A DNA stretch of 45,365 nucleotides from Jimgerdemannia flammicorona. Taxonomy: Eukaryota. How positions within the stretch are numbered: the stretch's first letter is position 1; every line of letters starts with the position of its first letter. The notes under the pieces are model-generated. The model was not told the origin of the DNA and ran no database searches. It worked only from the letters and a program-made list of their open reading frames with translations. The translations under genes were made by a program, and so were the position numbers. This document shows positions 1-11,862 of the stretch, piece by piece. Location: positions 1-45,365 of the forward strand of contig RBNJ01000062.1 in the NCBI GenBank assembly GCA_003990765.1, read 5' to 3'.

Positions 1-99
1 GTGAACCTTGTATAATCTTTGAAATCCGAAAACACCTACTGACATACTTTTGACCGGTTCCTTATGCCGGTCTTGGTTGCTATAAACCAACTGATGAGC

Positions 100-880
100 C
101 CCTTAAGCAAGGGCGAAACCGGTTCCATAGGCAACCCATCTTCCATTGTCGTGGGCAAACGCTCAAATTCTTGCTATGCGTCATCTACTGAACGTGGTCC
201 CGCGGCGAGAATGTGCCATGCGACGTCGAGCGCCACGCGCGTTTGAGGTGGTTCGAGTTTCCGACAAGGCCACACATTGATCCATGCGAGGACTTGCGCG
301 TCAGCCCCACGAACGATGGGACACCAGAGTCACTCTTCAAAATGTGGCGCCACTTGAAGCTCGCCCTTCTGCCCACACCGCTTGAGTTTTTGATGGATGC
401 CGTTGATGCGCCCACAGACACGTCACCGCATATGCAACCTTTTACGTGTATGTCCGCGCGAGCACCCAGTGACCTGCCAGACATTTTTCGAAGCTGCGCG
501 GAAAGGTGCAGGCACCACTGCCAGCGTACGTTAAATGGCGGCTCGAGACCAGGTGCCGTCGCGTGAAACTCCACCATAAGTTTGAGTATCTGCTGTTGTC
601 CATTGATGGAATCGAGTCATGGCGAGACTTCTTGATGTGATTCCAGCTTCACACTTTGTTCATACTTTTGGTTGTTGACCTCACACTCACCCTCATCTTC
701 CAACATGATCGCATAATCGAAAGCGAGCTTCTACAAAAAAAGAAACCCCGTCGAGTCCACAAACTCCTGCCTCGTCTTCAACGTCATCGACCCGCCGAAC
801 TGTTCCACAGGCCCCACCCGTACCAACGATCCTTCGCCTATTAACCTCTCTCTCAGCTCGGACACGAAAACCACATGCTC
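100..880 (-). pseudogene. CpG-rich degraded coding-like sequence of unknown family
   Basis: Bases 1-1700 keep CpGs, unlike most of the window. A minus frame reads ...FVSELRERLIGEG...FL*KLAFDYAIML...VSP*LDSINGQQQILKLMVEFHATAPGLE. After a frame change it reads CPIVRGADAQVLAWINVWPC...LPMEPVSPLLKGLISWF. No motif recognised. Confidence 0.2.
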
Positions 881-2756
881 GCGGCATTAGTCCACCTCCT
901 GCCATTTCAAGGAGCAGGATCCCGACGTCATATACGGATTAGTCCCTCGAGAATTGTGCTCCTCCGTCACGGCCTGAATGCGCGGGTCCCGGGCGCTTCA
1001 GAGAATCTGCGCTGCTTGGAGGATCTCGTTCATGAGGAGCTAGTTCACCTAGTTCATCGGCAGATTTGTCATAGGTAATGATGTTACGCTCGCTGGCAAT
1101 TTGATTGGCTGCAGTCTTTATCCATGTCAACCTCTTTAAATTATGAAAACACGCTCAACCCATACAACCTCTTTAAGATGCAATCTCTTAAGCTTCCCAG
1201 GGGCGACCCCAATCTGATCCCCGACAAGTATACTATCCTTGTACAATGCCTGCGGCCGCCTTTCCCATGTGTCGAGCCCATCGCCTTATGGTACTGAGTC
1301 CACACTTTTTTATTTATTTTTCTTGGAGGATATAAGAGAACATTCGCTCATGAAACGAAACGTGTCCAATAAGGCACCTCGATAAAATCATCCCTCAAGA
1401 ACCCAATTCTTTCCGATCCTTCTCTATCAGATTCAGCAAGAGAAGCCTCGACGTCAATAAACTGGCACGTGAGAGCTTCATCAGAGACCGGTGGGTAGAG
1501 AAGCTGGCGCATCCATCCATTCTCATTTTCATACATTGACGCTTATCCTCTTGCTCCCCTCGAAATTCAGATAAACTTGCTGCTAGGTTCTTGTTCATCC
1601 AGTGGGAGCAGAAGTCTGTTGAGGAGGCTGAAACTCTCGCTTCGCATGCTCTCCTGCCTCTCCACATGAGGACACTGCTCTTCTGCATACTTGTTCGTGT
1701 TTGGATGATTTTATTTTATTTTTATTTTATTTTTATATATATAATCAGAGGAATTATCGAATAAAGAATGATGTGTGCGTCCATTTTGTGCTAGGTATTC
1801 ACGTCTGCCCATTGGGAACTCAAAAGGATAGAGAGATTTTTTTTTTTTTTTTTTTTTTTATTTTTTGGTGGAGACGAGAGTTGGATAAGATTACAATGTT
1901 ATAGTATTACCTTTCTTTTACCTAAAGTGTTTAGTAGAGATTATTTTACTCCTTTCTATAGATCTTTAGAATATTATTGTAAATAGTATCAATGTTTAGC
2001 AAATATAAATTATGCTTGAGGAGATTAAAGATATTATATAATTAGTTACTTTTAATAGTTGTAAATAGTTGGTCTGTATATAATTTAGTGAATAAGTGAA
2101 ACTCTACTGAAGTATATATTGATTAAATAGAGTTTTTAGTATAGGAAGATTAGAAAATCATATTTTGGAAGATAACTATACTTATTATAGCTCAGAGGTT
2201 AATTTTATTTATTTTTATATTCTTTTAATTTTGTCTGAGTATCTTTCTCTTATATACATATTAGTATATGTTCAAATTGAATAAATATACATTCTAAACT
2301 TCTGGCTATATAATGTATAAGATTGACTGAGTATAATAAGATCAATATCATATATATATTTTTATTTTTTTTTATTTATTTTTTTATCTGTAGTAACTAT
2401 AAATAACCTTATCACCAATTTTGAATAAAGATTGTAAAGAGTATAAGGGATTATTAAAGATATTTGACATAAAGTATTATTAGTATTATAAATTACTAGA
2501 GTTTGGTCTATCAATATAAGAGCTTGAATATATTATATATTGTGATGTCTACAATTGATCCTGTCCAAATTCAGAGTACCCTGTGACCACAAGATCAGAT
2601 GACATTATGGTGCAATAACTGGTGACCAGCCCAATCTGTCAAGTGATTTCACTAAAAGAAGATAAGATGATCTGAGCCAAAATGAAGACCACATTATTTA
2701 AGGAACCATACTCCACCTCAGGGATCAGCACCAAAGAACCAAGTATCTACCACACA

Positions 2757-3746
2757 ATGCCTCCCATTCACCGATCCAACTAGACCTCCCACTGCTCTAC
2801 CCCTTTGCCTGGCCCAAAGACCCTGATCTTTGAAGCTATCAAGAAGGCCATCTGGAGCTCAGATACTTCTGAACACTTGAACTTCTACACCAAGGACCTT
2901 GGACACTTCATCAACTACTAGTATATAATGACCCAACAGCTCAAAGACACTACCGAACGAATGACCCTCTGGCATGACTACGAAATCGGACACTGCCTTC
3001 ACAAGGAGACTCAAGAAGATGACCAGGAAGACCTCATTACCGAAATGTTAACCACTAGCCAGCTAATCAAGAGAGCCCTCCATGTCCACCAAATCTTCCG
3101 CCATATTCCCTGGGCTATAGCACACTTACAAGGAGTGACTGCTGGCAGCCTCTCCCGCCTTTCAACCAAAGATGCTGACTGGATAGAATCTGAAGTAGCC
3201 AACTCTATTGGCAGCAACCGGGTTGCTGTAGGAAGCCAACAAACCGAACCTACTCAGCCAGGTTTCTACACCACCCCACTCTGAGACAACCATCAAGGTC
3301 ATCTAATGAGTCTTATGGAGATATTTGAAGGACTGCCCATTACCATAGAAGCACCTGTTGGAGCTACCCCAACCACCCACCACTCTGTCAGCCACAACTC
3401 ACATCTCATCATTTGGGAACCGAATCAAGAAGAAGCCCAAGAGGTCCCTATCTTTGAAGAAGAAGCCCAAGAACTCCAAGACCCTGTCTATGAAGAAACC
3501 CCCTCTGATACTGAAACTGACGAGTCTTCAGAAGAAGAAGAGGAGCAACAGAGAGTCTACCAGTCCTCTGTCCGCATTCAAGCTGTTCAAGGGTTGGAGA
3601 ATGTTGTTGAAGATGACTGGCCACTTTTCTACCCCCTCACCTCTTGGCCGGCACTCCCCCCCTTTGAGGAGAGATATGATGAAGAAGAAAACACAACCCA
3701 GCAAGATTTGCCCACCACAGATGAAGGGTACTACTATTCCCTCTAG
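2757..3746 (+). pseudogene. Gypsy accessory ORF (uncharacterised family) with acidic tail, inside D
   Basis: One frame: ATG 2757, ORF 2928-3284 and ORF 3306-3746, with 3 internal stops. Motifs LWHDYEIGHCL and KRALHVHQIF match the accessory ORFs of A, C and G. Confidence 0.65.
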
Positions 3747-3772
3747 AGTACCGCCCCATCAGCCGTGAGAAT

Positions 3773-4140
3773 CAGCATTTTTTGTCAGCAAGTCCGAATC
3801 TAGTATTGCTATCCAGTGCCACCATTTTCAGCATTTTTTGTCAGCAAGTCCGAATCCAGCATTGCTATCCAGTGCCACCATTTTCAGCATTTTTTGTCAG
3901 CAAGTCCGAATCCAGCATTGCTATCCAGTGCCACCGTTTTCAGTATTTTTTGTCAGCAAGTCAGTAAGTCCGAATCCAGCGTTGCTACCCTCCACAACCG
4001 TTTCTGGCAACAATCATCATATCATTTCAGCTCATCCATTTCCAGCATTGCTATCCAGTACCACTGTTTTCAGCATTTTTGTCAGCTCATCCGTTTTCAG
4101 CATTGCCACCCTCCACAACCATTTCCAGCGTTGCTATCCC
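3773..4140 (+). repeat. 56-bp tandem repeat (3 near-perfect units plus degenerate copies) in the U3-like part of D
   Basis: Unit cagcattttttgtcagcaagtccgaatccagcattgctatccagtgccaccatttt starts at 3773, 3829, 3885, and partially at 3941. Confidence 0.9.
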
Positions 4141-4251
4141 CTACAACCCAATCCGTAGTAAACAATAGCCTGCACCTCGCATCGTGCAAGCCAACAGCAT
4201 AGCAAATGTTCGCCACAATGTAGTATACCTTAGCCGTGCCCATAGCTAGCA

Positions 4252-4295
4252 AACTTGTATAAATAACCCATATTCTTAGAGTGAATAAACCTCAG
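4252..4295 (+). promoter_or_regulatory. LTR core: TATA-like box plus AATAAA polyadenylation signal (D)
   Basis: aacttgtataaataacccatattcttagagtgaataaacctcag, nearly identical to the block in the C LTRs and to the reverse complement in the A LTRs. Confidence 0.6.
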
Positions 4296-4437
4296 TCAAT
4301 TGGTTTTGAGAAATAACCACTGCCTCCAAGAGACTGGATAAATTCTGAGAACAAGATATGTAACAACCTAGAGCAATGGATCGCTCGGAAGTTTGAGTTA
4401 AAGAATTTTCTCTTGCCACGGAAAGAAAACATTACCA

Positions 4438-4500
4438 GACTGCCATTCGGACTGCTATTCGGACCGCCATTCAGACCACGCATTCGACCGCCATTCAAGA
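4438..4500 (+). repeat. About 12-bp degenerate tandem repeat (gaccgccattcg) in the U5-like part of D
   Basis: gactgccattcg gactgctattcg gaccgccattca gaccacgcattc gaccgccattca. Confidence 0.7.
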
Positions 4501-6067
4501 TTCAAGACCCTGGCAACACAGCTAAAGAATCCAAGGAACCCAAGTTACCCAGCCAAAGGATACTAGACCGCCAAAGACCAACCCGCTGCCAAAGACCCAA
4601 ATGACCGCCAGGAACCTTTCAAGTTAAACAAGATAGACGAGCAAGCCGTCAACCTCCATTTTCCCGACCTACTGTACCACGAACTGTTTAAAGTCAAGAC
4701 TATCGCCGAGTTTGCTACCAAGTTAATCGCCACCAGGAAATACCCTTTTCCACTAAACAATTGAGCCATCGACATCCTGAGCCAATGAACAATCGAACTC
4801 CTGCTGTTATTGCACGTTTCGAATGACCCGATCATGTGACCAATGACCCGCAACCATCGCAAACGCACTCATATCCATCGTGCGCTTCACCAAGTGGCAC
4901 ACATTGAGCTGTGCAGTCGAAGTTCATTGTACATAACCAACACTATAATATATATATCTATATATATTTAAGTATATTTATAAATAGATGTACATATCTA
5001 ATATATAAGTCATATAATAGATTCAGATTGAAGGATTTAGATTGAGTGATTCAGATTAAAGATTTGAATTGAGTAATTCAGATTGATCTAAGTTGGTTCA
5101 GATTATTTTAGATTTAAGATTTAGATCAAACTGCTATATAATAAATTAAATCTAGATTTGATTTGAATTAACTTATTTGAAGTACTACTTTCAAGTGTCT
5201 AGAATCTATTAAGTTAGGTGATAATAATATTATCTATACTCAAGGAAAATGAAATAAGGGATATATCTCTATAGTAATATTGTAGAATCTATTGATATCT
5301 TTTTAGATATATTATATACTTTAAATATCAGTAAAAAAAACCTCTTTTTAATAGGGAAAATGATATCTTATATTAATAAAGATATATATATATTTAAAGA
5401 ATACAACAGTCTATGACTTGAGTGAAAATAAAACAATCTTTTTATAATTAACAATATATAATAGTATAAAAGCTTCTCCATATATAATAACTATATAAGG
5501 GAATACTTTATTAAGATATTATTATATAGTTTTAGAAGAGATTTCTAGAAGTTCTGGATATTCTGAAAGACTGTTTTCTTAAGATTAAGATTAATTTTAT
5601 ATAGAGTATATTCTCTATACTTATTGATTTCAAGATCTGATTGACATCTCAATCAAATTCCTTTTCTAGACTTATTTTAGATATTCAGGAGTTTTTATAT
5701 TTCAGGAAGTTTAAGAAAACTAAGACCATCTTAAGTGCTTCAAATAGATACAATTTATCTGGATGAGATTCAATTCAGATTCATCATGTGATGAATTTGA
5801 ATCAACTCAGATTGGTCTTATGATCTGATCTAGATTGATCCAGATTGATCTAGATTACTTGAAATCTTTAGTAACATCACCCTTTCTTTATCTTTTGTGG
5901 CATCACTCTTTCTTTATCTTTAGTGATATCATTCTTTTTTTATTTTCTCTTTTTTTATTTTCTCTTTCTTTATTCTCTCTAATATTTTTTTTATTTCTCC
6001 TATTACATCATAAACAAATAAATAGTAGCTCTTAATTGTACATTTGTCTACTTATTTTTTTACCAAA

Positions 6068-8700
6068 TGATCATCAAAGGAGGAAATATTCAATATAAAA
6101 AAGCACTCTCTACTGATAATTTAAATTCTTTCTCATATGAGTAGTATATAAGCTGCTCATCAAAAGCCAAAGTAGTAATAGTGATAGCAATGACAATAGT
6201 AATGACAATAGTGATGAGGATGAGTAAGAATTCTAGCAATAACTCACAGTGACTCTTTAGACCTCGGAATCTATAGTCCTTATAGCTATATATGTGAGAG
6301 TCTTTTTAGAGCAGTCAATAATAGATATAGGTTGTCTTTTCACTACTATATTTAAATTTTCACAATATAACTAAGTTAATTTTGTACTATTTCTCTTTTT
6401 CTCAGGGTCTACAGCTCTATAGTTAGATCTGTTAACTTTATTTACAACATCTGGTCAAGATGAAGAAAGGCAGGAAAAGATTGTAAGGTATACCTTTGGT
6501 AACTGAGCTGTTAAGTCAATATATCATATGGTAGAGATCTCAAAAGTATTATAAGCAAGTCATTATGAGCAATTTTGTATAACTTATCTACCCAAATTAT
6601 CTGCAAGTAATTTATTTTTATACTCTTTTCTGAATACTTACTCTATATTTTATTTAACTTCATTTTTATATATTCTCCTCTAAAAACTCCTATATGATAC
6701 TTATATATAATCTGTCTATATACTTAACTCAGCTCACTACTCAGATCAATGCTCAGTTCCACTATAGAGAAGAATTCAAAGTTATCTAAGTTCAACTACA
6801 TCTGGCATCTGATCAAATAGAGAAGTTCAAGGATAAGTTATTCAGCATGAGTAACATCAGTATTACTATCAAGACTTGGGAGTCTATATTCAAATCAGAG
6901 CCAATTATTCTAGATCAAGGAGTCCATTGACCTACTGGAGTATTCAATAATGAAGAGAAATACATCATTGTTAATGAATATAGAGAGGTTGTTATAGTAG
7001 TGATAAGAAATCTCTATAGTGATAAGCTTTGTTGCTATATTGATGAGATTTGCTAGAATTGCATCCAATACTAGGTAGAGAAAAAGAGAGGGCATAAAAA
7101 GCAGAGAGGGAGAGTTTGGACAGAAACCATGTATACTACAATATTGAAAAAGAGTGGATTCCCTAGAGTTTTTTCTATATTTGTCTCCTTTTTTTTGAGA
7201 TTTTCTTTATAAATCTATTTTTGTTAAATTTCCAGAGATATACAGAATTCTGTACCCTTATCAGAACTTTAGAAGTATTATTGAAGAATAAGCTGCATAT
7301 AAGCATAGCAATGGCAGCTATGATCTGAAGATCTTTGACCAGATAGCTAGACTGAACAGCAGGCTAGCTTAGTAGTGCTCTCAGTATAGCTATATATATA
7401 TTCTTAGTATAATTTAGCATATTATATAAGGTGAGAAGCTTGATTTTTTTTTAGTGCAGCCTGAGGGTTTCTGTCTCCTGCTTGTGAAAAGAAAGAATTT
7501 AACTAGATGCTATCTATTTTGGTAGGTTTCTAAGCCAGGACTCCTAGGGCTGGACAAAGGACAGATATTCTCCAGTACTGTCTAACAATATGAGGTCCTA
7601 GGCTAAGAGTTTATTCAACTATATACTTACATTATATCAGAGTACATCAGGTGCAATATTTCTCTATCTATATATATAAATAACAATATTACTCTAGTAA
7701 TATTTTACATTCTGGAAAGAAGGGGCCCAACTTAAGAGGATAGTGGCAACATCTGGTATGATCTCAACTATGATTTTGGAGTCCTGTTTGTAGCCAACAC
7801 AGCTATTCTATTCTAACCACATGACCTCCACAGTACTGTTGCTTTCAAGGTGAGCTCAGATACTATAGTTATTGTACTCATAATAGATAATAGACTTATT
7901 GAGATCTGGGACTAGTGAGTGGAGCTATTTTATAAATAGATAGCCTTATATATAAGTTAGGTAGTCTTTTGTAAGAATTAGGCTATCTTTAGTAAGAGTT
8001 AGGTAACTAGGTGTCTCTTTTGTTTTATAGTATTAGTTTTTAGCTTTTAGTCTTTTGCTGGACTCTTCTGGCCCCTTGGGGTTAGAATATTTACTAGAGT
8101 CCAATCTGTACTAGAGTGCAACTACTTGAAGTTGCTTCTTATAGTGGGTCAGTGGGCCACAAATTCTGTATACTCTCTCTAATCTATACTCTACACCAAC
8201 CTATATCTTGGAGCTGCCCCATATTACTGAGGGAGGGTTACAAATTTTACATATTCCCTCTACTGACCCTGCTAACTCCCACTCAACTCCTTTTTGTTTT
8301 GCAGTACTAGTTTTCACTTTTGCTGAGCTCTACTGACCCCTTGGCCCCACTTTGTAATACTGCTAGTATAGTACTGTAGTGTAGGATTAGAGTATCTGTC
8401 AGACCTAAATCTGTGCCAGAGTCTGATCTGCACCAGAGTCCAACTGCTTGAAGATACTTCTTACAGTATTTCATTGGGTTGCAAAATCTGCAGCTCTCTC
8501 TGACCAGACTTCTGTACCAACTTGTAGCTTGGGATCACTTCTTACTACTAGTAGAGGGCTACAAATTTTGTATAATCTCTTTACTAACCCTGCTAACTCC
8601 TGCTGATCCCCCACTAATTCAACTAACCTCCTCCTCACTTAGGCTCATGAGGGGCCACAAATGCTCTCTTTGCTGGCCATCTTATATTCTGAGCTGAACT
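6068..8700 (+). pseudogene. Spliced passenger gene within the hAT; putative TET/JBP-like 2OG-Fe(II) dioxygenase with acidic N-terminus and repetitive C-terminus
   Basis: Exon from 7526 reads ...YIRCNISLSIYINNNITLVIFYILERRGPT*EDSGNIWYDLNYDFGVLFVANTAILF*PHDLHSTVAF...DNRLIEIWD. Reverting C>T/G>A changes gives H-x-D-x-D (7673-7687), GGN...DY...AANT...FRP, and H-G-T (His intact at 7829). Acceptor-like sites end at 6405, 7235 and 7525; donor-like sites lie near 6607, 7131 and 7431. Gene ends approximate. Confidence 0.55.
8080..8610 (+). repeat. Diverged direct duplication, about 210 bp, offset about 320 bp
   Basis: 8095-8290 (agagtccaatctgtactagagtgcaactacttgaag...gagggttacaaatttt...ctgaccctgctaactcc) versus 8415-8610 (agagtctgatctgcaccagagtccaactgcttgaag...gagggctacaaatttt...ctaaccctgctaactcc). 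Confidence 0.75.
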
Positions 8701-10628
8701 CTCTTTTTTTCTTTCTTTAAATAATTTATAAAAAATAATTTATTTTCAACTCTTTTTTATTTAAAGCTACAGGACTCACTCAATTTTAGTGGCCTATACC
8801 CCACCAAGCCTTTAGACATATATAGACCTGGATTGCCTCAGTATTCAGTACACATCTCTTAGAGAAAACAAGATCTGCTCTACTAGAGAATATCTACTTG
8901 ACTGGAGTATTGATGGTAGGAATGGCTAGGTAGTTCCAAGATATACCATATAGGCTGAGGAAGTCGGTTTGACATATCCATAGCCACTTACCCCAGGGAT
9001 TAGAATAGTAGTTAGAATGATGGATAAAATTGGCCCAACCCTACTAACTACCTGTGGAAAGACAACCCACCTTCTACTAATTGAGTACCTCTGTGTCCTT
9101 TAGTAGGATCATATTGTTACTGGTAAGATAAATAGTAAGTTTGTCTATTGATAGCAGTTCTTCCACTGATGGCTCTCTCTTCCTCTTTCTGCTGAAGTAA
9201 ATATGTAATAAAAGAGATCCTTCAGTATATTCATTAAGACTTCAACCAGAACTTTATTATAATATATAGTTTTTCTGATAAGTTTCAATTAGAACTTACT
9301 TGGCTTCTTCAATATAGTACTACTCCCAGCCCTAATCTTTGTGGTATTATAGCTTTAAGCATGAATCCAATACTGTTTTGAGAAAGAGAGTGAGTTTTGC
9401 AGAGATTTCTCTTTTTTTTTTTTTTTGGAAAGAGTAACTGCTATGCTAATATACCTATACTAATTGAGTATATAAGAGCATCTGTTTTGAAGTAGTATTT
9501 TCTAAGCTTGCTCAGAGCAACTATTATAGCATCTTTCTGATCTGAGCTAAACCAGAAATCACTACTACTCTTCAGCTTTTCCTTAAGCTTATCCTCTAGT
9601 CAGATGCAGAGCTTATTGTTAGAGTTGTTTGTTTGATAATATTCTTCATACAATCATCAAAACACTGGTAGTTAAGAATAATACATTGTTATATTACTAT
9701 GTAAGGTAGATAAAATGAATATAGAGGCAAAGTAATGATCACTTATTATTAAAATACTGACAAAATTCCTTAGTACATCCCACTTACTTTCATCTATAGC
9801 CTCACCTTACATTTCCTTATTAGCAACAACTGTGGAATCTATTATTTTATTTTATTTTATTTTTTTAAAAAAAAAAATATACATTTTAAAATTAATTAAT
9901 TAACAATTCTCTGTCTTCCAAAACAATTTCCTTCAGCCAATTGGAAAAAGAGCACATACTACAACAAACTCCAGCATGCACTGGATCATTGTAAATATTG
10001 GGTTCCAATATATATATATATCTAATATCAGCTCTTTCAGAACTAAACTGATTGCTCTATACTGTATAGCAAATTTATTTCATTATTATAAAGATGATCA
10101 GACCAATACAATCAGTTTGTATAGTTTAGAATTAATACTCAGAGTTCTCTCACTTCCAGATATTTTGTCTATCTGTATCAGATAATCCTGAATAGTAAGA
10201 TTCATATATAGGCCTGATAACATATATGGCAGTTTTCTATACTGAAGATCATATTTTCCTATTGAAGGTTGACTGCTAAATTTTGGAAAAATGTTGAGTT
10301 GATTGTAGTATTATCTATAGTAATGGCCAAAATCTGTACTTGAAATTTTCAGTTAGTAAATTTATATAAAAATAAATAACAATTAAAATCTGTTTTATTT
10401 TAAAACTTCTCTCAAAAATGACAACCAGATGATAAGCCCACCTTTTTATCTTAGTTGTAATCCTGAGCTTCCAGATATACATAACTAATAAAAGCATCTA
10501 CAATGTTTTCTCCTGAATGAAGACCAGCAAGTTTGATGAAGTTAAGGGTAAGATATTTAAGTTGCCAATTGAGGTCAATCCAATAATCAGTAATACTCAG
10601 AAATAAAATTACATTGAGAGGTATCTAT

Positions 10629-11823
10629 TGTAATGTGTCTGGCTCAATGAAGGCAAATTATAAGGTTGGGGGTTGATGTAGTTTGGCTTGAGCCCCCAGT
10701 TACTTTGTTAAAAAGCAACAAAATGTTCAAGTATCATATAGGTGTCTAGTGGTATAATATTCAAGCTGGAGAATTCTGTATGCGATTTCCTAATTTGGCA
10801 GTATTCTTAGGCTGATGGCGATTTGCATGTTGATCCTTTGTGAGCAAGTGGATTTCCTTCTTTGAGTGGTGAACTAATTTCATGCTATCCGGCGATCTTG
10901 AGTAATCAGGTGGATTTCCTTAAAAGCACAGACTCTCTGGAGATGGCAATTAGTTTCCTTGCAGGTTGCTGGTGTGACAGCAATCTTTGTCAATTGGATT
11001 CCTTTTCTGGCAATCAATTGGTACAGTTTGAGTGGTGCAGTTCGAGCAGTGCAATTCGGTTTACTTGGATGATGCAATTTAAATGGACGATGCCATCTTT
11101 GGATGATGAATGAGGTGGATTGGCAGAATATGGCAGATCGGCAGACAAAAATGTGGTGGACTTCTTGAAAAACAGCAGCTGGTAAGTTGCATCAAAGACT
11201 GGCTTCGTTTGTGTAAATGATTTACTGTGAAGTTGAATTGAGGACTGGCTTTTGAGAGCAGCAGGCTTAAACTGGTGGATTACTCAAAAAATGGCAGCTT
11301 ATTCCTTAAGCAGCAGAAAATGGCAGACTTCTTTTATCAGAAAGTGGACTGGAGTGGAAATGAACAAAGCTCACAATCTCCTAGTAGTGGCTGTAGAGCA
11401 GGCATTTCTCCTAAATATTGTAATCCAATTCCTTTAGGATCAAGTGGCTTTTGGCAGGCATATCTCTCGAAGTGTAGTAGGCAGACTTGTCTTTTGCTTT
11501 TGAACTTTTGGAACTGAGGTTTATTCACTCTTGTCTCTGGGGTATTTTATACAAGTTGGTTGCTATCTGGTTGCTATCTGGCTAACTATAGAATGCTATT
11601 TATGGGGTGACATTTGCTGTCAGAGTGGTAGCTACTGTCAGGGTGACAGCTACTGTCAGAGTGACAGCTACTGTCAGGGTGACAGCCACTATCAGGGGTT
11701 TTTCTTTCTTTAGCTATCTGGGTTATTTATACATTTTCTGCAGCAATGGTTGCTGGTTATAATGCTAATGTTCACATCACCTGGTTAGGTTTTGAGATTG
11801 CTACATTTTTGCAGCTTGTTACA
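10629..11823 (-). repeat. 3' LTR of A
   Basis: TGTAAT...GTTACA, a direct repeat of 19361-20560. Adjacent to cagtggggactga (PPT-like, minus strand 11824-11836). Confidence 0.95.
11606..11697. repeat. 18-bp tandem repeat of palindromic TGACAG-N3-CTGTCA units in the U3 of the A LTR (also at about 20340-20432)
   Basis: gtgacagctactgtcagg repeated about 5 times with eroded variants, present in both LTRs. Confidence 0.85.
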
Positions 11824-11862
11824 TCAGTCCCCACTGAAGAATAGTCTGTCCCAGACTGTTCT

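Larger units (their letters stand above)
2541..4947 (+). mobile_element. Insertion D: about 2.4-kb solo-LTR-like Ty3/Gypsy sequence with an internal ORF
   Basis: Starts TGTGATG, ends CACTATA (eroded CA end), flanked by 4-bp direct repeat ATAT (2537-2540, 4948-4951). Contains the TATA/AATAAA core shared with LTRs of A and C. No gag/pol and no terminal direct repeats. Confidence 0.7.
1900..5187 (-). mobile_element. Truncated hAT transposon copy 1 (5' end, subterminal repeats, N-terminal transposase part), interrupted by insertion D
   Basis: 1900-2520 aligns by eye with 20670-21345 (e.g. tttacctaaagt...ataaattatgcttgag...ggtct). 4950-5187 aligns with 29775-30299, including TTCAGATTGAGTGA repeats and the terminal acttattt(g)(a/g)agtacta. 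Left end approximate. Confidence 0.8.

Noticed and set aside
1836-1867. Long poly-T run as a retroposon tail
   Set aside because: No TSD or retroposon body could be tied to it; the adjacent sequence is hAT-derived.
3773-4202. 56-bp repeats as CRISPR, and overlapping ORFs 3782-4202 as genes
   Set aside because: No spacers. The ORFs are three-frame translations of the same tandem repeat within an LTR-like region.
5835-6035. Hydrophobic 66-aa ORF resembling a membrane peptide (also 1701-1904)
   Set aside because: Translation of T-rich low-complexity sequence.
10862-11713. Short ORFs in the A LTRs
   Set aside because: Their starts, stops and lengths differ between the two LTR copies and no motifs are recognisable.
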